From the NCBI GenBank assembly GCA_963823555.1, contig CAWGMA010000002.1, forward strand, positions 576,001-640,000: 64,000 bases of DNA, in the 5' to 3' direction. The position numbers and the translations under genes are program-made. This document shows, piece by piece, positions 43,661-55,285 of the stretch (position 1 is its first letter; each line of letters starts with the position of its first letter). Source of the DNA: Candidatus Eiseniibacteriota bacterium (GTDB lineage Bacteria > Eisenbacteria > RBG-16-71-46 > CAVPCR01). The notes under the pieces were generated by a model that did no database searches, was not told the DNA's origin, and was given only the letters and a program-made list of their open reading frames with translations.

Positions 43661-43912
43661 CTAGCCCGGTGCCTGGTCGAGGAGTGACGCCCGCGCCAGC
43701 ACCGCCCGCGCCGTCGTGCTGAGACCGCCGGCATCCAGCGTGCGCTCCAGGACTCGGCTCGCCATCTGCCGGCTGAAGAGCTCGTCCCGCTCCGCCGGCG
43801 CCAGATCGAAGAAGGTTGCCGATGGGCGGATGCCGCCCGTCGACGGATCCCGCTCGCGGAAGGCGCTGGCTGCGATCTCGATGAGGACATCCATCTCTTC
43901 ACGCGGGTTCAT
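43661..43912 (-). CDS. Small hypothetical protein (83 aa) coupled to the sigma factor
   Basis: MNPREEMDVLIEIAASAFRERDP...GLSTTARAVLAR; ATGA overlap with the sigma stop. Confidence 0.65.
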   Translation of the reverse strand: MNPREEMDVLIEIAASAFRERDPSTGGIRPSATFFDLAPAERDELFSRQMASRVLERTLDAGGLSTTARAVLARASLLDQAPG

Positions 43913-44535
43913 GGCATTGCCTCCACCAACGCGACCCCGGCCCGCTCGAGGCACTCCGCCATGAGCCGGCGTGCCCTCACGATGTTCTGGAGAAAAGTGT
44001 TGGTCTTCATCTTGACGGTGGTGGCCAGGGCGCGGTCAGGAGAGCGACCGGCATCCTGGATGCGGGCGTTGAGCGCGGCACGCGGCCGCTCCGGCAACCG
44101 GTCGATGCAGCCGAGGATGAGTCGGCGCAGGTTCGGGTCGGCGGGCGGATCGGGATCCGTCTGCGCTTCGGGCAGTCGCTCGAGCGACTCGAGATCGAGG
44201 GGTGTGGTCCGGCCGAGTCGTCTCACCTCGCCGAGGGCGAGGTTGCGCGTGATCCGGATGGCATAGCGGAGCGACGCGTTCCGCCCGCTCAGGTCGAGCG
44301 TCGGAGCGAGGACCCACATGCGGAGGAGTCCCTCCTGCAGCACGGCCTCGATATCCACGTCGCGGGCGAAGGTCTCGAGGCTACGGCGCAGCGGGATCTC
44401 GGCCGAACGGAGCCAGTCGGCGAACGCTTCCGGGTCGCCGCCGCGCACGCGCGCGAAGGCGCGATCGAGATCGCTATCGACCTCGATCGCCTTCGTCTCC
44501 CGCGGTTCCGGATGGCCGTCGGGCGGAGCAGACAT
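43909..44535 (-). CDS. ECF-type sigma factor
   Basis: 'AFARVRGGDPEAF', 'EAVLQEGLLRMW', 'RITRNLALGEVRR', 'CIDRLPERPRAAL', 'TNTFLQNIVRARRLMAECL'. Confidence 0.75.
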   Translation of the reverse strand: MSAPPDGHPEPRETKAIEVDSDLDRAFARVRGGDPEAFADWLRSAEIPLRRSLETFARDVDIEAVLQEGLLRMWVLAPTLDLSGRNASLRYAIRITRNLALGEVRRLGRTTPLDLESLERLPEAQTDPDPPADPNLRRLILGCIDRLPERPRAALNARIQDAGRSPDRALATTVKMKTNTFLQNIVRARRLMAECLERAGVALVEAMP

Positions 44536-44537
44536 CT

Positions 44538-46902
44538 CTAGCCTCCAGGCACCATCTCCACCTCGAGACGGAACGTGAGGCCGTCTCGCTCCCAATCCAC
44601 ACTCCGAGGCGCCTCTGGCCAGGGCATGTGGTCCTTCGTCCGGAACGCAAGCCGGAGCGTGAGTCCAGCGGCGTGCTTCCCGCCGCTGGTGCTGAGCTTC
44701 TGATCCACCCTGGCCTCCGCCGTTCCTCCGCCGGCGAGCCGCACATGGATGGGGGTGCGTCTCTTGGGCATCTTGAAGACCGTGGTCGGCGACTCGAACT
44801 CGATCACGAGGAGATCCCCCTCGATGCGGATGCAGCGCGCGGGAATCCTCGGCACGTCTCGCAGATGGAAGAACGACGGCCCGGCATGCATCTCGGGGCC
44901 GGCATCCATCTCGGCCCCGAATCTCCACCCTCCCTTGGCGGTCCTCAGGTAGGACGCCGTGCCGGCGGCCACTCCCGGATGGACACCCGCCCCGCGCATG
45001 GCCATGAGCCCGGCGCCCTCGGCACTCACCCCGTAAGGCAGCTCGACTGCCAGTCGCACCCGGCGCCGCGGATCGCGGGGATCGACGGTCGGGTCCTCGG
45101 CGACGGCGACGAGGCTCGTGCGGCGGCTCGCGATGCGGTGCCGGAGCCCTAGCGCCTCGATCTGCCCGAGCGATTCCTGGCACCTGCGCGCGGCCATGCT
45201 GGCCAGCCGCGGCGAGCCGCATCTCCTCGTCCTCGATCGCCTCGCGGCCGTAGAGCGCCCCGATGGGAATCTGCGTTGATCCGTCAAGATCGGCGCCATC
45301 CCCCGCGGGGACGGTCCACCGCTGCTCCCAGGTCCGGGTTTCCCCGGTCCGGTGCCCGCTGAGCACGAGCTCACCGCCACGCGGGTCGAAGGCCAACGCC
45401 ATCCGCAGCGGCTCGCCGGCGAGCACGTCCCGCGCCCGCGCGGGCGCCTGGCCGATGAGCGCCGAGCCCGAGATCTCGAGATCGGTGAGGATGGGCGCCA
45501 CGGTCGCGGCGAGGAGGCGCGAGGTTGCGCGGTCCAGATCGTACCTGCCGGCGACCAGGAGTTCGATACCGCGTCCAGCCCGTGCCGCCGCCCGCGTGAG
45601 CGAACGGTTGGGAGAGTGCCCGATCCCGACCGTGTGGAGACGCGCGCCCGCCGGGAGATCCTGGAGCACGTGGGCCACGACCTCGTTCTCGAATCCGATG
45701 TAACCGTCGGAGAGGAGCACGACCTGGCGCAGCGAATCCGAGCGCAATGGCGAGAGCGCACGGCGAATCGCGTCCGCCATCTCGGTGCCACCGCGGGCCT
45801 GCAGGGCAGCGAGCTTCTCGATCGCTCGCGCGATGTTCTCGCCGCTGGCCGCCACGGGCCCGCCCACCAGCGTGGTGGTATCCCTGGCGAAGGCCAGGAT
45901 CTCGAAGCGATCATCGGGTGTGAGGCTTTGCAGGAGCCGGCTCGCCACCGCCTTGGCTGCCGCCAGGGGCTTTCCGCTCATCGATCCGCTGGCGTCGATG
46001 AGGATCGTGAGGTCGCGCGCGAACGCCGGCGCGGAGATGGGTGGAGTGATGGTGAGGAGTCCGTAGCGACCGCCATCGCCGGATAGTCCGGGGCCCATCA
46101 CCAGTCGCGCCTCGAGCGTGCTCGATCCCGCCTGCCAGGTGATGACCACGTCGCGATCCAGACGGGCCGGTTGCTCGAGGCGGACCACGGCTCCCTTGCG
46201 TGGCGGAGCGGCGCCCGCCCCTCCGCTGCCATCGCCAGCATCGGCCACGATGATGTCATGGCTCGACGATTGCGGCGCGAGTGTCCCGCCATCGCCGTCG
46301 GCGATCGCCAGCTCGAGCGAGAGCCGCGCCGGGGTGCCGCTGGCATCCGCGCGCTCGGCGGCGAGCCGATCGGCGTCGGGGACGCGGCCCGCCGCGCCCT
46401 CGTAGCGCACCCCGACGACGGTGGGGAATCGGTACTCCCACTCCGCGCGGGAGGTTTCGAGAGCCGGATGGAAGCCCAGGGGATGGAGGACGTCGATCTC
46501 GACCCGGACCTCGGCGCCCGGCGGCAGGCTACCGAGCTGTTGCGTGAAGGTGTCGGCGCGCTCCTGGGTGAGGAGGCCGGCGATGCGACCTTCCGCCAGC
46601 GCGTGCTGATAGGTTTTCTGCGCATCCTCGCAAGTTTCGACGTGGCCGCGGATGATCTTGTCGCCGCAGTGGATCGTGTAGCCGATGACCGCGCCGTCGG
46701 CGGGGAGCGGGAGCGTGTAGAGCACCTCGAGTGGCTCGGCGTGGGGGTTCGTGTAGTGCTGCTCGAAGGTGGTCCGGGCGAGGCCGGCCGCCGCATGGGC
46801 GCGGATCGCCGCCCCCGCGAGCGGGAAGGTGCGCCCGTCCACGGCGACAAGGCCGGTGGGGGCGGGTGGGGCGGGTCTGGGTTCGAGTCCGGTCGCTGGC
46901 AT
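44538..46902 (-). CDS. VIT + VWA domain protein (inter-alpha-trypsin inhibitor-like), frameshift ~45190
   Basis: VIT 'EQHYTNP..EPLEVLYTLPLPADGAV'; VWA MIDAS 'LIDASGSMSG', 'GGTEM', 'LLSDG'; continues in another frame 'LGLRHRIASRRTSLVAV' to TAG at 44538. Confidence 0.85.
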
Positions 46903-47100
46903 GGCTCGCTCCTTGTGGAGGGACTGGGTCGGCCCCGCCTCGGATTCCTGAGCCCGGCCCGGGCTCGAGCACCCGGCGGCCGGCGGGGCCTCTCATCGGT
47001 TCAATGCCGCGACCGCCCCGCTGGTGACAGGGAATCTGGTGGAATCCAGGCCCCTCTCGCGGGCCCGGACCAGCGCGCTTCCGGACCCTCAAGTGTGAAT

Positions 47101-47118
47101 CTGTCAAATCTCTGTCAC
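47101..47118 (+). promoter_or_regulatory. Pho-box-like (OmpR/PhoB-family) direct repeat
   Basis: CTGTCA-AATCT-CTGTCAC, 11-bp period, in a divergent intergenic region; extended -10 TGcTATGCT at 47174. Confidence 0.45.
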
Positions 47119-47275
47119 AACTCGCAACCTCGCCGCATCGGCCCCGATCCCACAATATAGGTCCCGGGAGGCGTGCTATGCTGCGTCCCTCCCTGTCTCA
47201 ATCTCCCCTCACAGGCTGGCGGGCCTCCCGCTTCCCCCGGCCCTGACGAACTTCGTTGCGAGGATCTGGACGAGT

Positions 47276-48895
47276 ATGACCTTCATTCGCCGCGGTGGCC
47301 TCGGCGCCCTGCTCGCCGTTGTTGCCGTTTCCGGAGTGGCCCTGGCGCAGTCGCCTCCCCCGTCCACCTCAGGTCGCGTCCGTCCGGGCATCATCTCCAA
47401 TCCCGATAGCGCCCTCGCCATGGCCCTCGCCGAGATCGAGGGAGATGATCTGGCGCTCGATGACGCGGTGGCGAGAGGACTTGCCCAGTCCACGATCGCC
47501 CGCGAGGCGGAGGCCGATCTGAGCGCCGCCCGCGGCGCCGTGCGGCGCGAGAAGGGTGCCTTCGATCCCGAGCTCTTTGCCGGGTCGGAGTGGCGAGGGG
47601 ATGAGATTCCCGCTGCCACGCCCTTCGCCGGCGCCGAGGTGCTCGAGACCGAGGACTCGAGGATCGAGGGAGGAGCCCGCATCCAGCTCCCGTTCGGCAC
47701 CGAGGTCGAGGCCTCGCTTGAGAGCGCACGACTCAGCACGAACTCCATCTTCGCGGCGCTCAATCCGCAGTACGACGCTGCGGGCAAGCTCGCCGTGCGC
47801 CAGCCCCTGCTCAAGGGTTTCGGCCCCTCGACGCGCAGCGAGCTCTCGGCCGCCGAGCGCGAGCTCGAGGCGGCGACAGCCCGGTACGATGATGCCACCC
47901 TCGCGGTCCGAACCGACGTCGAGAAGAACTACTGGGATCTCTACGCCGCGGCGCGAGATCTTGCGGTGCAGCGGCTCATCCGCGACGGCGCTGCCGCGCT
48001 CGTCCAGCAGGCCGAGCTGCGCGCCGGGGTCGGGCTCGTCGGACCTGGTGACGTGGCCAACGCTCGAGTGTTCCTTGCCGAGCAGGAGCAGGTCGTGATC
48101 GACCGCGAGGAAGCGCTCGATGCCGTGTCCGACAACCTTGCCTCGCTCATCGGCCAGCGTCCGGTGTTGCCGTCCCTGCGTTACCGGCCGACGGCGGAAC
48201 CGCCACGCGATTTCCCGGTCGAATCCCCGGATTCGCTCGTCAGCTGGGCGGTGACCCGGAACCGGGCGCTCCAGGCCGGGGAGCGGCGGGTGGAGGCGGT
48301 CCAGGCCCTGGCCGATGGCGCCAAATGGGATGCCCTGCCCACGCTCGACGTCTTCGGATCGCTCGGCGGCGTCGGTCTCGCCGGTGATCAGAGGGATGTG
48401 ATCTTCGGTGGCGACACCCTGCGGACATCGATCTATGGCGATCGCGGTGACGCCACCAGCGACGCCCTGGCTCGCGATTTCCCCAACTGGTCCGCAGGAA
48501 TCCGTGTCGAGTTCCCGCTCGGGCTGCGCGAGGGGCGGGGCGAGCGCGATCGCTTGCGGGCCGAGGTCGCCCGGGCCCGGGAGCAGGTGCGCGCCCAGGA
48601 GTATGCTCTCGAGCAGCAGGTTCGCGTCGCGCATCGCGAGCTCGCCAACTCGACGCGGCGCCTGGAGGCGGCGACCCGCGGGGTCGAGGCATCGCGCGAG
48701 CAGGTGCGCATCGGCAATCTCGAGTATCAGGCCGGTCGCTCGACCGCCTTCGAGCTGGTGCGACTGGCGGCCGACCTGGCCTCGGCCGAGCAGCGCTATT
48801 CCCAGGCCCTCGTTCGTACCGCCAAGGCGGCGGCGGAACTCAGGCGTCTAACCGCCGGCGTGTACCCGACGGGCACGGCGACCCCATCGCCATGA
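47276..48895 (+). CDS. TolC family outer-membrane efflux protein
   Basis: Signal peptide; 'VRQPLLKGFG', 'KNYWDL', 'LPTLDV', 'EYQAGRSTAFEL'. Confidence 0.9.
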   Translation: MTFIRRGGLGALLAVVAVSGVALAQSPPPSTSGRVRPGIISNPDSALAMALAEIEGDDLALDDAVARGLAQSTIAREAEADLSAARGAVRREKGAFDPELFAGSEWRGDEIPAATPFAGAEVLETEDSRIEGGARIQLPFGTEVEASLESARLSTNSIFAALNPQYDAAGKLAVRQPLLKGFGPSTRSELSAAERELEAATARYDDATLAVRTDVEKNYWDLYAAARDLAVQRLIRDGAAALVQQAELRAGVGLVGPGDVANARVFLAEQEQVVIDREEALDAVSDNLASLIGQRPVLPSLRYRPTAEPPRDFPVESPDSLVSWAVTRNRALQAGERRVEAVQALADGAKWDALPTLDVFGSLGGVGLAGDQRDVIFGGDTLRTSIYGDRGDATSDALARDFPNWSAGIRVEFPLGLREGRGERDRLRAEVARAREQVRAQEYALEQQVRVAHRELANSTRRLEAATRGVEASREQVRIGNLEYQAGRSTAFELVRLAADLASAEQRYSQALVRTAKAAAELRRLTAGVYPTGTATPSP

Positions 48896-50073
48896 CGGAA
48901 GCAATTGACATGATGAATCGGGTTCCCATGAAGGCTCCCACCCCTATCGCCACACCCCTGTTGCTCGCCCTCGGCGTGTGCCTCGCCGCCGCCGCCGGCT
49001 GCCAGCGCGGCGGTCCGGGTGGTGGTCCGGGCGGCTTCGCGCCGCCCCCGATGCCGGTCGAGGTGGCGCCTGTCGTACAGGCTCCGGTGCTCGATCGGTT
49101 CGAGGCCGTCGGCACCATCGAGGCGGGGGAGGCGATCACGGTGGTCGCCGAGATCCCCGGCCTGCTCGTGAGCTTGCCTTTCCGCGAGGGGCAGAGCGTG
49201 AGCCGGGGCGATCTGATCGCCAAGCTCGACGATGAACAGCTGGCGGCCGAGGTGGCGCGTGCCGAGGCGCTCCGCGATCAGCAGCGGATCATCTACGATC
49301 GCGTGAAGGAGATCGTCGACCAGAACGCCGGCGCGCCTCAGGATCTCGACAATGCCGCGGCGGAGCTCAAGGTGGCGGATGCCAACCTCGCGCTGGCCCG
49401 CGCCCGCTTCGCCAAGACCCGCATCACCGCACCCTGGGACGGCAGGATCGGCGCGCGGCAGGTAAGCCCGGGGGCGTTTCTCCGCCCCGGCGATCCGATC
49501 ACCGAGATGGCTGCCATCCACGAGATCAAGGTTACCTTTGCGGCGCCCGAGCGCTACATGTCGCTGCTCAAGCGCGGCGCGCGGGTGACGGTGACGACGC
49601 CGGCCTACCCCGGAGTCGAGCTCACGGGCGTGATCGATGTCGTCGATCCGGTCCTGGATCCCGTGCTCAGGAGTGCGAAGATCATCGCGCGCGTCAAGAA
49701 CTCCGGCGATCGCTTCCGGCCCGGGATGTCGGCCAATGTGTCGGCCGTGCTGAGCGAGCGTGCGAACGCGCTCACCATCCCCAACGAGGCGGTGTTCGCC
49801 GAGGGCAATCAGACCTTCGTCTTCGTGGTCAAGCCCGACTCGACGGTGACGCGGACCGCCCTCGAGCTGGGGACGCGGTTGCCGGCCGTGGTCGAGGTGG
49901 TCGAGGGGCTCGAGCCCGGAATGAAGGTGGTGCGCGCGGGGCACCAGAAGCTCTTCGAGGGGGCGCGGGTGATGCCGGTCACGAGCCAGCCTGGTGGTCC
50001 GGCCTCCGGTGCTCCCGGCGGTCCTGGCGCCTCCGAGACAGCGGGTGACTCAGCCCAGGCGGAGAAGCCATGA
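48892..50073 (+). CDS. RND efflux periplasmic adaptor (MFP)
   Basis: Lipobox AAGC; '[15 protein letters not shown]', 'ITAPWDG.IG', 'FRPGM', 'IPNEAV'. Confidence 0.92.
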   Translation: MTEAIDMMNRVPMKAPTPIATPLLLALGVCLAAAAGCQRGGPGGGPGGFAPPPMPVEVAPVVQAPVLDRFEAVGTIEAGEAITVVAEIPGLLVSLPFREGQSVSRGDLIAKLDDEQLAAEVARAEALRDQQRIIYDRVKEIVDQNAGAPQDLDNAAAELKVADANLALARARFAKTRITAPWDGRIGARQVSPGAFLRPGDPITEMAAIHEIKVTFAAPERYMSLLKRGARVTVTTPAYPGVELTGVIDVVDPVLDPVLRSAKIIARVKNSGDRFRPGMSANVSAVLSERANALTIPNEAVFAEGNQTFVFVVKPDSTVTRTALELGTRLPAVVEVVEGLEPGMKVVRAGHQKLFEGARVMPVTSQPGGPASGAPGGPGASETAGDSAQAEKP

Positions 50074-52061
50074 CCATCACCGGACGGCCCATCCCCGCCG
50101 GGAGATCGACCTCGATGGGTGGATCGCCCGCGCCCGAGGCGGAACCCATGGTCCATCACGACGTCACCCGACTGTCCGATCAGGATCTGTATCTCTTCAA
50201 CGAGGGCACGCACGCCTACCTCTTCGATCACCTCGGCGCGCACTCGATGGAACGGGCGGGTGTGCGCGGCGTCTACTTCGCGGTGTGGGCTCCCAGCGCC
50301 GAACAGGTCTTCGTCTCCGGGGACTTCAACGGCTGGAGCCGCGACCGCCATCCGCTCCATCCGCGCGGGAGCTCGGGCATCTGGGAGGGGTTCATCCCCG
50401 GCCTCGAGCACGGAGCTGTCTACAAGTATCACATCGCCTCGCGGCACAACGGATATCGCGTCGACAAGGCCGATCCCTTCGGGTTCCGGCACGAGGTGCC
50501 GCCGCGCACGGCCTCGATCGTCTGGAATCTCGATTACACCTGGAACGACGCCGAGTGGATGGCGTCACGGCGCGAGCGGAACGGACTCGATCGCCCGCTC
50601 TCGATCTACGAGGTGCACCTCGGTTCGTGGGCGCGGGTGCCCGAGGAGGGCAATCGCTCGCTCACCTATCGTGAGCTCGCGCCGGCGCTCGCCGACCACG
50701 TGCTGCGCATGGGGTTCACGCACGTCGAGTTCCTGCCGATCATGGAGCACCCGTTCTACGGGTCGTGGGGCTATCAGACGACCGGGTTCTTCGCGCCCAC
50801 GAGCCGCTTCGGCACGCCGCAGGATTTCATGTTCCTCGTCGATTATCTGCACCAGCGCAACATCGGCGTCATCCTCGATTGGGTCCCCTCGCATTTCCCG
50901 ACCGACCAGCATGGTCTCGCGTACTTCGACGGCACCCATCTCTTCGAGCATGCCGATCCGCGCCAGGGCTACCACCCGGACTGGGGCAGCTCCATCTTCA
51001 ACTACGATCGCAACGAGGTGCCGAGCTTTCTCCTGTCGAGCGCATTCCTCTGGCTCGACCGCTACCACGTCGATGGTCTCCGCGTCGATGCCGTGGCCTC
51101 CATGCTCTACCTGGATTACTCGCGGCAGCAGGGGGAGTGGATCCCGAACCAGTTCGGCGGCCGCGAGAACCTGGGGGCGATCCGCTTCCTGCGCCGGCTC
51201 AACGAGGCGGCCTACGCCCGCTTCCCCGATGTGCAGATGATCGCCGAGGAGTCGACGGCGTGGCCCATGGTGTCCCGTCCGACCCATCTCGGCGGTCTCG
51301 GTTTCGGGCTCAAGTGGGACATGGGCTGGATGCACGACACCCTGTCCTACATGGGGCGCGATCCGATCTACCGGCGCCATCACCACAACAACCTCACCTT
51401 CCGCATGCTCTATGCGTTCCATGAGAACTTCATCCTGCCCCTCTCACACGACGAGGTGGTGCACGGTAAGGGCTCGCTCCTCGGCAAGATGCCGGGTGAC
51501 GACTGGCAGAAGTTCGCGAACCTGCGGCTCCTCTACGGTTACATGTACGGGCAGGCGGCGAAGAAGCTCCTGTTCATGGGCGGTGAGATCGGGCAGTGGG
51601 GCGAGTGGAACCACGACCAGAGTCTCGACTGGCATGTTCTGGCCCACGAGCCCCACGCCGGCATCGCGCGCTGGGTGGCCGATCTCAACCGCGTCTACCG
51701 CCAGGAGCCGGCCCTCTACGATCTCGACTTCCATCCCGCGGGCTTCGAGTGGATCGACTGCAACGACACCGATCAGAGCGTGCTCTCCTTCATCCGTCGC
51801 GCCAAGCACTCGAGCGAGGTCATCCTGGTGGTGCTCAACCTGACCCCGGTGCCGCGTTTCCACTACCGGGTCGGCGTCCCCGGGGGCGGGACCTGGCTCG
51901 AAATCCTCAACTCCGACGCCCGCGAGTACTGGGGCAGCGGGCTCGGCAACGCCGGGCGCGTGGATGCCGGGCCCGCGGGGGCGCATGGCCGACCGTGGTC
52001 GCTCGACCTGACGCTGCCGCCGCTCTCGGCGCTCTTCTTCAAGGGACACATCTGGAGCTAG
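50070..52061 (+). CDS. glgB: 1,4-alpha-glucan branching enzyme
   Basis: 'FAVWAP', 'IYEVHLGSW', 'SWGYQTTG', 'LDWVPSHFP', '[13 protein letters not shown]', 'AEEST', '[10 protein letters not shown]'. Confidence 0.96.
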   Translation: MTITGRPIPAGRSTSMGGSPAPEAEPMVHHDVTRLSDQDLYLFNEGTHAYLFDHLGAHSMERAGVRGVYFAVWAPSAEQVFVSGDFNGWSRDRHPLHPRGSSGIWEGFIPGLEHGAVYKYHIASRHNGYRVDKADPFGFRHEVPPRTASIVWNLDYTWNDAEWMASRRERNGLDRPLSIYEVHLGSWARVPEEGNRSLTYRELAPALADHVLRMGFTHVEFLPIMEHPFYGSWGYQTTGFFAPTSRFGTPQDFMFLVDYLHQRNIGVILDWVPSHFPTDQHGLAYFDGTHLFEHADPRQGYHPDWGSSIFNYDRNEVPSFLLSSAFLWLDRYHVDGLRVDAVASMLYLDYSRQQGEWIPNQFGGRENLGAIRFLRRLNEAAYARFPDVQMIAEESTAWPMVSRPTHLGGLGFGLKWDMGWMHDTLSYMGRDPIYRRHHHNNLTFRMLYAFHENFILPLSHDEVVHGKGSLLGKMPGDDWQKFANLRLLYGYMYGQAAKKLLFMGGEIGQWGEWNHDQSLDWHVLAHEPHAGIARWVADLNRVYRQEPALYDLDFHPAGFEWIDCNDTDQSVLSFIRRAKHSSEVILVVLNLTPVPRFHYRVGVPGGGTWLEILNSDAREYWGSGLGNAGRVDAGPAGAHGRPWSLDLTLPPLSALFFKGHIWS

Positions 52062-52080
52062 GCGAGGGAAAGATCACCCG

Positions 52081-55000
52081 ATGAAGCTGAGCGAGATCTC
52101 CATCCAGCGGCCGGTCTTCGCGACGGTGATGAGCCTGGCGATCGTCCTCTTCGGGCTCATCTCCTTCACGCGGCTGCCGGTGCGCGAGTACCCGGACATC
52201 GATCCGCCGATCGTCTCGATCACCACCTTCTACCGCGGCGCCAGCCCGAGCGTGGTCGAGACCGAGATCACCGACGTGCTCGAGGAGCAGTTCTCGACCA
52301 TCGAGGGCGGTCAAGACGCATCACCTCCTCGAGCCGCGAGCAGGGCTCGGTGATCACCATCGAGTTCGAGCTGCAACCGCGACGTCGACGAGGCGGCCAA
52401 CGACGTGCGCGACCGCGTGTCGCGCATCCGCGGCCGCCTGCCGCGCGAGGCCGAGGACCCGATCGTCGCCAAGGTCGACGTCAACGCCCAGCCCATCATC
52501 TGGCTCGGCGCTGTCGAGCGACCGGCACACCGCCGCTCGAGCTCTCCGACGTCGCCGACCGCATCCTCAAGGAGCGGCTGCAGCGGCTGCCCGGCGTCGG
52601 CTCGGTCTTCATCGGCGGCGAGCGGCGCTACGCCATGCGGGTCTGGCTCGATCCGCAGCGCATGGCCGCCCACGGCCTGACCGCGCAGGACGTCGAGCGC
52701 GCCGATCCGCGCGCGAGAACGCCGAGATCCCCGGCGGCCGGGTCGAGGGCGCCGAGCGCGAGTTCGCCGTGCGCACCCGCGGCGAGCTGCGACACCCCGA
52801 GGAGTTCGCGCGCCATCATCGTCGCCCAGCGACGGCGACGACGTCGTGCGCCTGGGCGACGTCGCCGAGGTCGAGGTCGGCGCCGAGGACGAGCGCACCA
52901 TGGCCCGCTTCAACGGCCAGCCGGCCGTCGGCCTGGGCATCGTCAAGCAGACGCAAGGCGAGCACCCTCGACGTGGCGGCGGCGGTGCGCGCGCGCGCTG
53001 CCCGAGCTCAGGCCAGCTGCTGCCCGAGGGCATGCGGCTCGACGTCGCCTACGACTCGTCGGTCTTCATCCAGGACTCGATCGACGAGGTGCGCACAGAC
53101 CCTGCTCATCGCCATGTGCCTGGTGGTGCTGGTGATCCTCGTCTTCCTGAAGAGCTTCCGCGCCACGATCATCCCGATCGTCGCCATCCCCATCTCGATC
53201 ATCGGCACCTTCACCGTCGCCTACTTCCTGGGCTTCACCATCAACATCCTGACCCTGCTGGCGCTGGTGCTGGCCATCGGCCTGGTGGTCGACGACGCCA
53301 TCGTCGTGCTCGAGAACATCTTCCGGCACATGGAGATGGGCAAGCCGCGCCTGCGGGCCGCCTTCGACGGCGCCAAGGAGATCGGCTTCGCCGTCGTCGC
53401 CACCACCGTCGCCCTGGTGGCGGTGTTCATCCCGGTGGCCTTTCTGACCGGCACGGTGGGCCGGCTGTTCCGCGAGTTCGGCATCTCGGTGGCGGTGGCG
53501 GTGCTCATCTCGGGCTTCGTGGCGCTGACCCTGACGCCGATGCTCTGCTCGCGGATCCTGAAGCCGCTGCACGGCGGCGAGCCGCGAGCTGGGCCGACGC
53601 GCTCCTTCGACGCCTTCTTCGACTGGCTCGACCGCGATCTACGCGCGCGTCCTGCGCTGCGCGCTGCGCCGCGCGCTGGCTGGTGCATCGCTGGCGGCCG
53701 TGCTGCTGGTCGGCGGCAGCGGTCTGGATCTTCCGGCTGCTGCCGCGCGAGCTGGTGCCCACCGAGGACCGCGGCATCGCCTTCGGCATCGTCATCGCGC
53801 CCGAGGGCGCGACCCTCGAGTACACCGACCGCTACATGCGCGCAGATCGAGGACCGGCTGCTGCCGCTGCCCGAGCGGCGCGGGCCTGTTCACCGCCACC
53901 GGCCTCGGCTTCGGCGGCCCGGGCCGCGTGACCAACGGCTTCGTCTTCCTGAACCTGAAGCCGCGCGGCGAGCGCGAGCGCTCGCAGCAGGAGATCGTGG
54001 CCGCAGCTCTTCCCGCAGCTGCTTGGCGATCCCCGGCGTGCTGGCCTTCCTGATCAATCCGCCCAGCCTCGGCGGCCGCTTCTCGCTCGTCGGACGTCGA
54101 GTACGTGCTGCAGGCCGACAGCTACGAGGAGCTGCAGCCAGGCGGTGGGCATCATGATGGCCAAGGCCGGCGAGCTCGGCTACCTGGTCAACCTCGACTC
54201 GCGACCTGCGCCTCAACAAGCCGCAGCTCGACATCACGCATCGACCGCGAGCGGGCCTCGGGCCTCGGCGTCTCGGTGACCGACATCGGCACCACGCTGG
54301 AGACGCTCCTCGGCGGCCGCGTGGTCGGCGACTTCAAGCGCGGCACCAAGCAGTACGACGTCATCGCCCAGATGCGGCCGCGCGGCCGCGCCACGCCCGA
54401 CGTGATCGACGAGATCTACCTGCGGGGCACGCGGCGGGCTGGTGCAGCTGGCCAACGTGGTCAAGGTGCGCGGAGACGGTGGCGCCCAAGGAGCTGAACC
54501 ACTTCAACCGCGTGCGCTCGGCCACCATCACCGCCAACCTGGCCCCGGGCGTGAGCCTGGGCAAGGCGCTGGACGATCTCGACCGCATCGCGCAGCGACG
54601 ACCTGCCCGGCCGGCATCCAGCGCGATCTGGCCGGCCAGTCGCGCGAGTTCCGCGAGTCCAGCGGCCACGCTCTACTTCATGTTCCTGCTCGCCATCGTC
54701 TTCATCTACCTGGTGCTCGCGGCGCAGTTCGAGAGCTTCATCCACCCGCTGACGATCCTGCTCTCGGTGCCGCTGGCGGTGTTCGGGGCGCTGGTCTCGC
54801 TCTTCGCTCTTCGAGCAGAGCCTGAACATCTACTCGCAGATCGGGCTGATCATGCTGATCGGGCTGGTGACCAAGAACGCGATCCTGATCGTCGAGTTCG
54901 CCAACCAGCTGCGCGCGCGCGGCCAGGCGCTCGATCGAGGCGGTGGTCGAGGCGTCGCGGATCCGCCTGCGCCCGATCCTGATGACCTCGTTCTCGACGA

Positions 55001-55251
55001 TCTTCGGCGTCCTGCCGATCGCCATCGGCTTCGGCGCCGGCGCCGAGTCGCGGCGGCCGCTGGGCATCGCGGTCGTCGGCGGGATGCTGTTCTCGACCTT
55101 CCTGACCCTGCTGCTGGTGCCGGTGGTCTACACCCTGCTCGCCCGCTTCACCCGGGTCGAGGCGCCGGGGACCGAGCTCGCGGCGGAGGAGGCCCAGCAG
55201 GTGGCGGCGATGACGGGCCATGGCGTGAGCCCGGCCGGGGGCGCCCGCTGA
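52081..55251 (+). CDS. RND efflux permease (AcrB/MdtB/MexW-like), many frameshifts
   Basis: 'IQRPVFATV', '[12 protein letters not shown]', 'YAMRVWLDP', '[16 protein letters not shown]', 'LTLTPMLCS', 'LAAQFES', '[10 protein letters not shown]', 'RLRPILMT' distributed over alternating frames. Confidence 0.88.
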
Positions 55252-55285
55252 CGGCCGGCTGCGGCCGGTGGGGTTGACAGGGGCC

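Noticed and set aside
43909..46902. 997-aa VIT-VWA-sigma fusion ORF
   Set aside because: The middle part is non-protein-like; the real VWA C-terminus is in another frame ending at 44538 and the sigma has its own start at 44535, so the fusion results from one frameshift
52300..54950. Programmed frameshifting or phase variation in the RND permease
   Set aside because: Indels are numerous, not at slippery homopolymers, and similar ones affect unrelated genes, so sequencing or consensus error is more likely
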